From: Clostridia bacterium
GTDB taxonomy: Bacteria; Bacillota; Clostridia; Oscillospirales; CAG-272
Reading direction: 5' to 3'
DNA length: 64,000 nt
Assembly: GCA_017503325.1 (NCBI GenBank)
Contig: JAFVTI010000034.1
Location: 29,840-93,839, forward strand
This document shows positions 19,691 through 28,933 of this stretch, piece by piece. Numbering within the stretch: the stretch's first letter is position 1; each line of letters starts with the position of its first letter. The notes beneath the pieces are model-generated. The model was not told the origin of the DNA. It did not search any database and saw only the letters and a program-made list of their open reading frames with translations. The position numbers were made by a program, and so were the translations under genes.

Positions 19691-19725
19691 GGTATTTCTC
19701 CTTTTGAATTATGTTGAGATAACCA

Positions 19726-19826
19726 CCCCGCCCTAAGATCCTTCGCGTCGCAGTCCACATCTGTCATTCTCGAGCGAAGCGAAGAATCTTGATGTGGACT
19801 GCTTGCTCAAGGATGACAGGGCGGGG
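19726..19826 (-). repeat. Structured palindromic element (family B), copy 2, inverted
   Basis: Outer stem CCCCGCCCT/AGGGCGGGG, inner stem GCAGTCCACATC/GATGTGGACTGC, same conserved linkers as copy 1. Confidence 0.8.
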
Positions 19827-19852
19827 GATTTTTGTCAATCGTTGAAATGTTT

Positions 19853-20428
19853 CTACCCGTCAATTTTTAGGCTCTTTTTTATGGTTCGTGCCACCTCGTC
19901 GGGGGCAAGATGCGTGTTGTCAATCTTGAGATAACTCTCAAAGGGCAAGATCTCGCCCTCGCGGGAATTGAGCCTGTGCGTTGCTTGCGTGTGGCGCATC
20001 TCGGCCTCGCTTCGCTCTACGTTGCGCTTGGATTCCTTTTGCGCAAGGCGATTTTCGCTCTTGTTGCGTGCCAGACGCTCTTCAAAATCCGCGCAAAGCT
20101 CGACGACGTGGCAGACGGCACCGTGCGATGAAAACAGCTCTATGATCTCGTTCAGATACGCAAATTCACTCGGCTGGTCAAAGTCCATCATGTAGGTAAA
20201 GATCAGCCCGGGAAGGTCACCCGCGGCAAACTGCTCAAACACGGTCTTGCGGATGGTCTCGTTGAGCGCACGGAATTCGGGCGTGCCGAAATCAAACAGC
20301 TTGAGCGAGAGCTCAATAGACATGTGGTTGTGAAACAGGCGCAGGCCCGTGATCTTGGCAAGCTCCTGCCCAACCGTCATTTTGCCCACCGCGTGCGGGC
20401 CCGTGATGATGACTAAGGTCTTTTTCAT
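19853..20428 (-). CDS. P-loop kinase-like protein (shikimate kinase-like/AAA)
   Basis: ITGPHAVGKMTVGQEL and LFHNH; ATG 20428 overlaps the upstream stop. Confidence 0.85.
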   Translation of the reverse strand: MKKTLVIITGPHAVGKMTVGQELAKITGLRLFHNHMSIELSLKLFDFGTPEFRALNETIRKTVFEQFAAGDLPGLIFTYMMDFDQPSEFAYLNEIIELFSSHGAVCHVVELCADFEERLARNKSENRLAQKESKRNVERSEAEMRHTQATHRLNSREGEILPFESYLKIDNTHLAPDEVARTIKKSLKIDG

Positions 20429-21219
20429 AACTTCTCCTTCCTCAATACGTCCAAAATATGATTGGTCGCGCCCACCATATCGGGGCGTTCGCAAATGCTC
20501 AGGTGATATTTCATGTAAAGCGCGAAGGTCTCTTGATCCATGGCGTCCACCTTGTCGCCAATGTAGCGCGTCAGCATATCCGCGCCCACGTAATGCAACC
20601 GCTGTACGGGCAGGGGAGATACCAGCGCGTCAACGTCCTCCTTGCGGTACAGGGCAAAGATCTCGGCGGGTGTGGAGCTCAGCGCAAAGGTGTCGTAATC
20701 GATCAGATCCTTGTATTGCGGATCGTGAATACCACCGCGCGCAAAGCAGAATTGGTAGACCGTCATGTCGCTGTTGCAGTATGCGACAAAGACCGTGCCA
20801 CCCGGGCGGGTCAAGCGCACTGCCTCGCTAAGCGCTGCCTGCTTATCCTCGTCGGCGTAGAGGTGATACATGGGGCCAAGCAGCAGCGTGACGTCATATG
20901 TGTCCGAGGGGAAGTCGGAAAGGTCAATGGCGTCGCCCTGCGAGATCGAGATGCTTTCGCCCTCTTTGGTGTTGCGCATAAAGGCCTCGATATTGCACTC
21001 CATCAGCTCCACGGCAACCACGGAGTACCCCTTTTGCGCAAAATAATGCGAATAGCGTCCCGTGCCCGCGCCGATCTCCAGAATGGTCATGCCGGGCTTT
21101 AAGTATTTTTCAATATAGTGTACGGTGGTCAGAAATTCCACTGAGCCGTGCTGCGAGCCGAGTCGCGCGTGCTCGTCGTGGCTTTCATAGTAGTTTTTGA
21201 GTGCTTCCAATCTTTCCAT
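20425..21219 (-). CDS. Class I SAM-dependent methyltransferase
   Basis: ILEIGAGTGRYS and LLLGPMYHL; RBS GGAGG. Confidence 0.92.
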   Translation of the reverse strand: MERLEALKNYYESHDEHARLGSQHGSVEFLTTVHYIEKYLKPGMTILEIGAGTGRYSHYFAQKGYSVVAVELMECNIEAFMRNTKEGESISISQGDAIDLSDFPSDTYDVTLLLGPMYHLYADEDKQAALSEAVRLTRPGGTVFVAYCNSDMTVYQFCFARGGIHDPQYKDLIDYDTFALSSTPAEIFALYRKEDVDALVSPLPVQRLHYVGADMLTRYIGDKVDAMDQETFALYMKYHLSICERPDMVGATNHILDVLRKEKL

Positions 21220-21234
21220 AAATTCCTCCAAATC

Positions 21235-21278
21235 AAAACAAAACGGTGCAAATCGCTTTTTTGCGACTTGCACCGTCA
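21235..21278 (-). terminator. Attenuator terminator in the methyltransferase leader
   Basis: ACGGTGCAAGTCGC-AAAAAA-GCGATTTGCACCGT followed by TTTGTTTT, just upstream of the RBS. Confidence 0.8.
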
Positions 21279-21304
21279 GTATCCAAATATCAATAGCCTA
21301 TCGG

Positions 21305-21415
21305 TTATCTTATAAAATGGGTATGACAATACAAGCCCGACCTGTCCCAATTCATGGGATACATGCCGCGCACGTTCACGGTATTCAGAATGGTTGTGAA
21401 TACGAACATTGTCAT
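21305..21415 (-). CDS. Putative 36-aa leader peptide MTMFVFTTILNTVNVRGMYPMNWDRSGLYCHTHFIR
   Basis: AAAAAGGAG RBS directly before the ATG; lies between promoter and terminator; below the ORF-track length cut-off. Confidence 0.6.
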   Translation of the reverse strand: MTMFVFTTILNTVNVRGMYPMNWDRSGLYCHTHFIR

Positions 21416-21437
21416 AGCTCCTTTTTGTATTTTGCTC

Positions 21438-21466
21438 AGTATAACACGCAATTTTGCGTTTGTCAA
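21438..21466 (-). promoter_or_regulatory. sigmaA promoter of the leader/methyltransferase transcript
   Basis: TTGACA-17bp-TATACT. Confidence 0.75.
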
Positions 21467-21481
21467 GAGGTGTGTGAGAGA

Positions 21482-23038
21482 TTATTGCCACTCCCGATCC
21501 AGCACCTTGCGTCTGTTTTCCAAAAAATCCAAGAGGAATCGGTAGTTTTGCTCGGTAATATCATCCTTGTCCGAGTACCAAAGCTGATCGTTGAGTGCAA
21601 GGGATTGGTCGATCTCACTCTTGTAGCTCTGTACGTAAACGATGCAATCGCCCAGCACCTCGGAATAGTAGGTCTGATATTGCTCGCAAAGCATGGCGTA
21701 AAGCTCATCCGAGCGGGATACACCGCGGAAGAAATCGTTGGAATATTCAATCGTGCTGTCCACGTGATAATATTCGTTGGGCGCACCGGTCCAGGGCACG
21801 TACAGGCTGTAATCGTAATCCCAGATCGGACCGAACGCCAGCTTTTCGCCCGCGATCTGATAGGTGTAGAAGGATTTCCAGATGTGGTCGCGCTCGCCCA
21901 TGATCTGGTCAATGATCATGTAATCGATCAGCGAGTCTACGTCCAAATAGTGCTTCAGCTTTTTGGTGTTGCCGTCATTGCATGCTTCCAGAATCTTGTT
22001 ATAGCGATTTTCTAACTGCGAAAAGAAGGAATAAAACTGCTCGTCCGAGCAAAAATCCTGCTTTTGCGGATATTTGAGCGTGAAATAGTTGTTACACCAC
22101 GCCACGTAGAAATAGTCCTCGCCTTCGATTGCCGAGGGGTCATGCTGTACGCCCTCGTCTAAGCAAACGTAGAAATTGAACTGGTCAAGGTCGGTCATGT
22201 CGGGGGTAATGGTTTGTTCTATATCCATGCGCCCCTCGTTTTCCTGCACCTGCTCGCAAAGCGTGTAAAGACCCATAAATTCGCCGTTGAGGTAGAGGTT
22301 GACGTGATGCGGCGTGGGTGTGAATGCCAGCGCATCGGATGCTGCGCCAAGATAAAATGCGGTGGTATTGTGCATGCAGGATGGATCAAGATATTCGGCA
22401 AGCAGCACCCAGCTCTTTGCCTTTTCCAGACCGAAAAGCGAAACCTTTTGATTGAATTTGATGCGATAAGGCTTTTTGGGATAGCCCTGCGTGGAGTTAC
22501 CGCGCAGGCGGATGCCGCCGCCTACGTTGTGGAACTCGTCCTCTGTGTTGACAAGATCTGCGCGCATGTCCACGTAGTCAAATTTGTTTTCAATCGGCGC
22601 GTCGCTTGTGTCAATGTGTAAAATGGGCAGCTCGCGCGTCACGTAGTCCAATAGCAGCGTGACCCTGGTGTCCTTGGTCACGTTTTCAAGCGAGATATCG
22701 GTGCCCTCGAACACCTGGCCGTCGATTTCGTAGCCGTCGTAGACGTAGCCGCGCTTGATCTCAAACGATACGGGTACAAAGGCCGCGTCGGTCACGTCCT
22801 GCACGGGTTCACCGCCCGAAAAGACGACTGCGTCCTTGATCGGGCAGACGATCTCAACCACGGTGCGCCCGTCGTCGGTTTCTGTTTCGGTTTCGACTTC
22901 AGTCTCGATTTCGACTTCAGTCTCGATTTGTGTTTCGGTAGTGCTGTCGGTCGTTTGCTCCTGCGGTGTGGATACGTCGTTGCACGCACCCAGCATAAGG
23001 CAAAGCAAAAGACCGAGGCAAAGCCATCTTTTTTTCAT
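21482..23038 (-). CDS. CotH kinase family lipoprotein
   Basis: Lipobox MLGAC, E/T-rich linker, RGNST, KKPYRIKF, WVLLAEY-D and GPIWDYD. Confidence 0.88.
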   Translation of the reverse strand: MKKRWLCLGLLLCLMLGACNDVSTPQEQTTDSTTETQIETEVEIETEVETETETDDGRTVVEIVCPIKDAVVFSGGEPVQDVTDAAFVPVSFEIKRGYVYDGYEIDGQVFEGTDISLENVTKDTRVTLLLDYVTRELPILHIDTSDAPIENKFDYVDMRADLVNTEDEFHNVGGGIRLRGNSTQGYPKKPYRIKFNQKVSLFGLEKAKSWVLLAEYLDPSCMHNTTAFYLGAASDALAFTPTPHHVNLYLNGEFMGLYTLCEQVQENEGRMDIEQTITPDMTDLDQFNFYVCLDEGVQHDPSAIEGEDYFYVAWCNNYFTLKYPQKQDFCSDEQFYSFFSQLENRYNKILEACNDGNTKKLKHYLDVDSLIDYMIIDQIMGERDHIWKSFYTYQIAGEKLAFGPIWDYDYSLYVPWTGAPNEYYHVDSTIEYSNDFFRGVSRSDELYAMLCEQYQTYYSEVLGDCIVYVQSYKSEIDQSLALNDQLWYSDKDDITEQNYRFLLDFLENRRKVLDREWQ

Positions 23039-23050
23039 AAAAATCCTTTC

Positions 23051-24385
23051 TTATATGGATTCGGGATCCGGCTCAAGGCGTTTGCCCATGAGCAGGATAT
23101 AGGCGACGATGCCCAGCTGAATGATGCCCGAAAGCGCGATCAGCCAGGGAATGCCGCCCCGGTAGGTGTAGCCAAGCAGGGGAACGGCGAAGTTTTTGGA
23201 AAGGGCAACGAATATGGTGCCAAACAGCAGACCTGCAGCCGCGCCTATGTTGAACACGATCTGATAAAACGAGGTGTAGCAGGTACGGTTGGCCTCGGGC
23301 ATATTGATGTATTGCATATTGGCCACGATGGAGTTGCGTCCAACGCCCGCAAAGTGCTGCGGCAGACGAATGGCCAGCAGCATGGTTACAAGCAGCCAGG
23401 GCGCAAGATCGGGACGGATGAGCGCATAAAGCAGCTGCAGGGGGGATTCAATCATCAAAGCAAAGGCCAGCGCGCGCAGCCAGGAGGTTTTTTGAATGCG
23501 CTTTTGCCAGAATTTCATGGAGAAGGGGAAAAAGAAGGGGTAGACGAAAATGATAAAGCAGTAAAGGAAATAGGTAATGCCGATGGTGTCCATCAGGTAA
23601 ACCTGCAGGAAGGTGTTGTGGCAGTAAAGCGAGAACTGCCATGCAAACACGACCACCATGCAAAGCATGTATTTTTTGTTGGAGAGAGGAATGGTGATGA
23701 TGTCACGGAATTTGGGCGTGCGGATCACGGGGTAGTCCACCTCGCGGGGCAGCGAGAGCAAAATGACGTCCACGACGCCGAGGATAAAGCCGAAATGGCG
23801 CACGTACTCCAAAAATTTCAGCTGATCGGCAGGCATAGCGGCAAGGCGGTCGGCAAACACGGCTGCGACCAAAACCAGAATGCCGGGGAGCAGCGCAGCG
23901 GCAAACTGATTGAAGGTCATGTATTGCGCGCGAATGCTCTCGGGCAAAAACTTGACGTGCCATGCGGCATATCCCGAAACTGCGATGATGTTGAATATGT
24001 AGGCAATAAATTGCAGCACCGACATGCAAATGATCAGCACGGTGGCGTTGCTCACAAAGCGAGGCAGCAGCGTCAGCGCGAAAATGCTGCAGACGTAGTA
24101 CATGAGCTTGCAAAAGCCGAGCACAAAGCGACGCTTTTTGAAGTGTGTCAGAAGGGCGGGCGCGAAAATGACGAAAAGTCCTGCGATAAAGGGAGAGAAG
24201 GCTAAGATTCCGATCTCCTCGGGCTCCATGTGGTAGCCGCGCAGAAATTCAGTCCAGAATATGCCGGTGGTAATGTAGTTGATCATCGCCTCCAGCGCGA
24301 CGGACAACAGTAACAGGCAACGCGTGCGTGCGTCGGGGTCCTTGAAATTAAAGACCTGACCCATAGTCGATTTTTTTAATTGCAT
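23051..24385 (-). CDS. MFS transporter
   Basis: About 12 hydrophobic segments in a 6+6 arrangement. Confidence 0.8.
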   Translation of the reverse strand: MQLKKSTMGQVFNFKDPDARTRCLLLLSVALEAMINYITTGIFWTEFLRGYHMEPEEIGILAFSPFIAGLFVIFAPALLTHFKKRRFVLGFCKLMYYVCSIFALTLLPRFVSNATVLIICMSVLQFIAYIFNIIAVSGYAAWHVKFLPESIRAQYMTFNQFAAALLPGILVLVAAVFADRLAAMPADQLKFLEYVRHFGFILGVVDVILLSLPREVDYPVIRTPKFRDIITIPLSNKKYMLCMVVVFAWQFSLYCHNTFLQVYLMDTIGITYFLYCFIIFVYPFFFPFSMKFWQKRIQKTSWLRALAFALMIESPLQLLYALIRPDLAPWLLVTMLLAIRLPQHFAGVGRNSIVANMQYINMPEANRTCYTSFYQIVFNIGAAAGLLFGTIFVALSKNFAVPLLGYTYRGGIPWLIALSGIIQLGIVAYILLMGKRLEPDPESI

Positions 24386-24580
24386 GACAGCTCCAGATCG
24401 AAAAAGAAAATTACAATACAATTATATCCCGCCCTGCTGTGTTTGTCAATATGATAGGGGTTGGATTATTTGCAAGAAAGGCATGAAAAAGCCACGGAGC
24501 AGCCGAGTGCACGTTTCCTTATTGACGCATGCTCCAAAATATGGTATAATCAGGTCATGATGTAAAGAGAGGTTTGACAA

Positions 24581-25498
24581 ATGGAAACACCGATCAAGCA
24601 AATATCGGGGCTGCGGCCCGAGACCATCCGCACCTATAACGACGGCGTGGTGCGTATGATGAGCCTTTTGCTCAACATCGCAGCTGATTCGCTGGACGCA
24701 GGCACGGTGGACGAGATCGCGCGAGAATGCGGCGTCAGCCGCGCGTATGCGTATGCCGAGTGCTTGGCAGCCGTGTGCGGCCTTGACAGCGCGGGAAGAG
24801 ACAGAGACTTATTCCGCCATTATTTCGTTCCCATGATCCACGAGCTTGACCCTGCGGATTTTGAGAACGATGCGTATTACCGGAATATCAAAATCAAGCC
24901 GGGCAAGAGCGGCAAATGGGAGTATAGGCAAATGAGCCTGAAACCCTGCGAAGCCTTTGTCTGCAACGATTTTTTGGTGACAAGGGACAATCGCATGATC
25001 CCGCAGATCGGCTTTTTCATGCGCGAATTCGCTTTTCCCGGCGTTTTGGAAAACGGCAGGGAATGGATGACGCTGATGCCCAACGAGACCGTGACCACCA
25101 AGCCCGCTCTGGAGCGCGCGCACGGCCGCGTGCTGACCTTTGGACTGGGACTTGGCTACTTTGCGTACATGGCGGCTCGCAAGCCCGAGGTCGAATCGGT
25201 CACGGTGGTGGATCTGAGCGCGGACGCGATTTCGTTGTTTGAGCAGAATCTGCTGCCGCAGATGGAGTGCCGCAACAAGATCAAGGTGATCCATGCCGAC
25301 GCGTTTGATTTTGCCGAAAAGCACTATCCAACGGGGGAGTTTGACTTTGTCTTTGCCGACATCTGGCACGACGTGTCGGACGGCAAGGATCTCTATCTTC
25401 GATTCAAGTCTATGGAAAAGCTCGCGCCCGGGATGGAATATGTCTATTGGCTGGAGAATTCCATTGCGTGCTATCTTGACGACGCGCTGTGGCCTTAA
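24581..25498 (+). CDS. Uncharacterised SAM-dependent methyltransferase (spermidine synthase-like fold)
   Basis: VLTFGLGLGY, DAF and FADIW motifs; promoter TTGACG-17-TATAAT at 24522-24550. Confidence 0.7.
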   Translation: METPIKQISGLRPETIRTYNDGVVRMMSLLLNIAADSLDAGTVDEIARECGVSRAYAYAECLAAVCGLDSAGRDRDLFRHYFVPMIHELDPADFENDAYYRNIKIKPGKSGKWEYRQMSLKPCEAFVCNDFLVTRDNRMIPQIGFFMREFAFPGVLENGREWMTLMPNETVTTKPALERAHGRVLTFGLGLGYFAYMAARKPEVESVTVVDLSADAISLFEQNLLPQMECRNKIKVIHADAFDFAEKHYPTGEFDFVFADIWHDVSDGKDLYLRFKSMEKLAPGMEYVYWLENSIACYLDDALWP

Positions 25499-25598
25499 AA
25501 AGTTTCCAAGAATTGCGCAATCTTATTGCAATTGCCCCGCGTGTATGATATAATCAAAATGCAGATACCATAAATCAAGAACAGAAAGGGTATTCAAC

Positions 25599-27296
25599 AT
25601 GGCAAAAAGAATAATTGATAAGTTTACGGCTCTGGCAGGGGAGCATACCGACCCCCGTACCAGAAGATATTTGGCTCCCAAGAGAATCGTGTGGACGCAG
25701 GGAAACGTCAGCGGCGCGGAGAATCTCTTGGAGGAAAAGAGCAATCAGATCACGCTGGTGGTAGGGCAGGATAACTGCACGCTCAAGAACGAGCCCGGCA
25801 AGCCCCACGCAGCGATTTTGGTGGACTTCGGCATTGAATTTGCAGGCTCTGCACGCTTCCATACCTGGATGACGCACGGCCCCGGACACAACGGTGCTGT
25901 CCGCGTTGCCGCCCGCTTTGGCGAGAGCGTGATGGAGGCTCTGACGCCTCTGGGCGAAAAGAACACCACCAACGACCACGCTCTCCGTGACAGCGTATAC
26001 AGCCTTGGCATGTATTCGGGCATTGAGACCAACGAGACCGGCTACCGTTTCCTTTACGTAGAGCTGCTGGACGAGGACGCATTCATTACCTTCAAGGCCA
26101 TTCAGGGCGTATTCCACTATATGGATCTGGAATATAAGGGCACGTTCAAGTGCTCCGATGAGCGTCTGAACCAGATCTGGGATACCGCTGCATACACCGC
26201 GCACCTGAACATGCAGGAATATTTGTGGGACGGCATCAAGCGTGACAGACTTGTCTGGATCGGTGACATGCACACCGAGGTCAAGACCATTCTGACCACC
26301 TTCGGCTACACCGACATCGTGCCGAGATCTCTGGACGTTGTTCGTGACGAGACCCCAGTCGGCACTTGGATGAACGGCATTTCGTCCTATTCCATGTGGT
26401 GGCTGATCATTCAGCACGACTGGTACAGAACCGTGGGCGACACGGTCTATCTGTCTCAGCAGAGAGATTACATTCACGATCTGATGAACGTACTGGCCGA
26501 TTGCGTGGACGAGGACGGCGTGGAGCACATGCCCGAGAACAGATTTATGGACTGGCCCAACAACGACAATCCCGGTGCGATCCATGCAGGTCTGCAGGGC
26601 CTTCTCAAGATCGCGCTTGACAAGGGTACCTCGCTGCTCTATACCTTGGGCGACGTGGCTCTGGCCGAAAAGTGCGCCATGGCGGCAGTGCGCATGAGAA
26701 AGCACGTGCCCGATCCTTGCGGCTCCAAGCAGGCAGCAGCGCTTTTGGTGCTGGCAGGCTTGGCTGACCCCAAGGAGATCAACGACACCATGATTGCGCC
26801 CGGCGGCGGACACGGCTATTCCACCTTCTTTGGCTACTATATCCTCAAGGCAAAGGCACTGGCAGGTGACTTCGCAGGCGCTTTGGACGATATCAAGGAA
26901 TACTGGGGCGGCATGCTGGACATGGGTGCTACCACCTTCTGGGAGGATTTCCACCTGTCCTGGATGGAGAATGCAGGCAGAATTGACGAGATCGTGCCCG
27001 AGGGCAAGATCGACATTCACGGTGACTACGGCGCATACTGCTACGTCAAGTTCCGTCATTCGCTCTGTCACGGCTGGGCTTCCGGTCCTTGCCCCTACCT
27101 GTCCTCTTACGTCATGGGTGTTCGCTCCATCTCTCCCAATACCTACGAGATCAAGCCCGAGCTTGCATACCTCGATTGGGTAGAGGGCACGTACCCCACC
27201 CCCAAGGGCGAAATCTACATCAAGGTCACCAAGGATGCAGAGGGCAAGCAGGTTGTTGATATTCAGGCACCCAAGGGCATCTTTATTCTCAGATGA
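25599..27296 (+). CDS. Alpha-L-rhamnosidase-like glycoside hydrolase (GH78 family)
   Basis: DFG-E, WDGIKRDRLVWIGD, GATTFWE and SLCHGWASGP. Confidence 0.9.
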   Translation: MAKRIIDKFTALAGEHTDPRTRRYLAPKRIVWTQGNVSGAENLLEEKSNQITLVVGQDNCTLKNEPGKPHAAILVDFGIEFAGSARFHTWMTHGPGHNGAVRVAARFGESVMEALTPLGEKNTTNDHALRDSVYSLGMYSGIETNETGYRFLYVELLDEDAFITFKAIQGVFHYMDLEYKGTFKCSDERLNQIWDTAAYTAHLNMQEYLWDGIKRDRLVWIGDMHTEVKTILTTFGYTDIVPRSLDVVRDETPVGTWMNGISSYSMWWLIIQHDWYRTVGDTVYLSQQRDYIHDLMNVLADCVDEDGVEHMPENRFMDWPNNDNPGAIHAGLQGLLKIALDKGTSLLYTLGDVALAEKCAMAAVRMRKHVPDPCGSKQAAALLVLAGLADPKEINDTMIAPGGGHGYSTFFGYYILKAKALAGDFAGALDDIKEYWGGMLDMGATTFWEDFHLSWMENAGRIDEIVPEGKIDIHGDYGAYCYVKFRHSLCHGWASGPCPYLSSYVMGVRSISPNTYEIKPELAYLDWVEGTYPTPKGEIYIKVTKDAEGKQVVDIQAPKGIFILR

Positions 27297-27408
27297 GTTA
27301 GTTAAGTATATAGAAAACCCGACAGAGTGAGGCGTTGTGTTCCTAAGGACACAACGCCAACTCTAAATGAATTTTTGCAATTTTTCATTGAACCTTACGG
27401 AGGAATTT

Positions 27409-28611
27409 ATGGATAAAGCGCTACTCAAACGAATTGGAAAATCCGTTCTGCGGTCGGTTCTTTTATTTTTCGTTTTTGCACTTGTAACCATCGTTTCGCG
27501 CTCTGTGTTTGACGGCGAGCTGGAAAACATGGATATGCTGAACGGTGTGGCGATTCCGCTTTGGTTGCTTGGGCTTTGGCACGTTTTCTATATGCTTTTG
27601 ATCTTTGAATCCACAGTTTTTGCGCTTCACAGGCATGCTGCTGAGGAAAAGGCAGCATACTTGGATAAACGCATTGGTGTCGGGCTGCGCGCAGAGCTGA
27701 GGGCATTGTTTTGCTCATTTGAATTCTACGTGGATTGCGCTGCGACCGTCATTTTGTCCTTGGTCATGCCGCTTGGTCTGTATGATTGTATCGGTCAAGC
27801 ACTTCCGAGCGCGGGTTTGGGAAAAATCCCCGTGACCTTGATTGGACTTGTGCTGCTGCTGGCGCTGCTCTTGGTGGCACGTTTGTCGCTTGGTCGTTTG
27901 TGGATCTCCGACAGCATCTCATCAGGCCGAGAGGGCAAGAAAAAGAAGAAAGAGCGCAGCGCACTGTTCCTGACCATCAAGGGAATTGCCTTTGCAGTGA
28001 TGGTGTATATCGTTTCGTCGTATGCGATTACGTGGTTTGTACCGTTTCTTGTGACCTTGGCCAACCTTGCCGGTGGAGTGATCGTGGTTTTATATTTATT
28101 TATTGCGATTTTGATTGCACTTGCGGTTGCACTTGCGGTGTTCTATATCAGGGCCATTGTCAAACGCCGTCAGTTTATAGCGGACATGAAAAAGATCTGC
28201 CAAGAGCGAGGCGCTGTTTTGTCTGACATAAAAAGGCCGTATTTGTCTGTATTTTTCCAGCATAAGGGAACGAGCTTTACGTTAAAGCAAGAAGGAAAGG
28301 AATACCAATGCAAGCTGATTGCAGGCGTGTTCCGAAGCTCTCCCCTCGTATTTACCGACACGGGTGAGGGTCTTCGCCAGGATGTGCTGCGCATAGTCAG
28401 GGTGAACTTGCTGCACGTGAATACGCGCATAGATTACCGTATGGAGGGCGATGGCAAAAAGCTTCTGATCGTGCTGCCCGTGCCCGAAAGAATATACGTA
28501 TCGACAGAAGGTTCAACGCCTCGCCCTGCGGATACGGGAGAGGTGCTCGGAGAGTACACCCTCTATACCGCAACGGGATTCTTGGGAGCGTTGGAGCGAA
28601 ATATTCTGTGA
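27409..28611 (+). CDS. Hypothetical multi-pass membrane protein
   Basis: Six TM segments plus a soluble C-terminal domain; RBS GGAGG; terminator at 28618-28655. Confidence 0.75.
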   Translation: MDKALLKRIGKSVLRSVLLFFVFALVTIVSRSVFDGELENMDMLNGVAIPLWLLGLWHVFYMLLIFESTVFALHRHAAEEKAAYLDKRIGVGLRAELRALFCSFEFYVDCAATVILSLVMPLGLYDCIGQALPSAGLGKIPVTLIGLVLLLALLLVARLSLGRLWISDSISSGREGKKKKKERSALFLTIKGIAFAVMVYIVSSYAITWFVPFLVTLANLAGGVIVVLYLFIAILIALAVALAVFYIRAIVKRRQFIADMKKICQERGAVLSDIKRPYLSVFFQHKGTSFTLKQEGKEYQCKLIAGVFRSSPLVFTDTGEGLRQDVLRIVRVNLLHVNTRIDYRMEGDGKKLLIVLPVPERIYVSTEGSTPRPADTGEVLGEYTLYTATGFLGALERNIL

Positions 28612-28663
28612 GAATTGAAAAAGGGAGATCACCGGCAAAGGTGATCTCCTTTTTTATACGAAC

Positions 28664-28732
28664 GTAGGGGCGATTCACGAATCGACCGCGAATTTGGGGA
28701 TGCGAAAGGGGCAGATATGAAATCCGCCCCAA
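28664..28732. repeat. Degenerate GTAG-type REP pair (family A-like)
   Basis: GTAGGGGCGATTCACGAATCG hairpin and a decayed partner GGGGCAGAT...ATCCGCCCC. Confidence 0.6.
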
Positions 28733-28827
28733 GGCTGTTGGGGTGTTATGTGAAGAAATCCACTCCGTTCTTTTTGAGCAAGGAGCTGCAAAGAAGAACA
28801 TATTTGCTTCGCAAATTAAACAGCGTG

Positions 28828-28911
28828 AAAGAGTTTCGCCTCTGCGGAGGCGACGAGGGCTTCGCGCCCTCGACCTGCGCCGCCTTTTGAAAAAGGCGGG
28901 CGAAAACTTTC
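28828..28911. repeat. Multi-hairpin palindromic element (family C)
   Basis: Hairpins CGCCTCTGCGGAGGCG, CGAGGGC-TTCG-CGCCCTCG and CCGCCTTTT-GA-AAAAGGCGG, enclosed by AAAGAGTTTCGCC/GGCGAAAACTTT. Confidence 0.55.
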
Positions 28912-28933
28912 GTGAAGGGCTCGTCCGAGTTGA

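Noticed and set aside
22877-22936. 18-bp tandem repeat (TTTCGACTTCAGTCTCGA x2) plus degenerate units
   Set aside because: It is in frame and encodes the E/T-rich linker of the CotH lipoprotein; not a CRISPR array or phase-variable tract.
27320-27364. Long hairpin GGCGTTGTGTTCC/GGACACAACGCC as a possible ncRNA
   Set aside because: A single stem right after the GH78 stop, most simply a terminator or stability hairpin; no second copy seen.
28828-28911. Cloverleaf-like fold as a possible tRNA
   Set aside because: No canonical T-loop or D-loop, no 7-nt anticodon loop and no proper acceptor stem.
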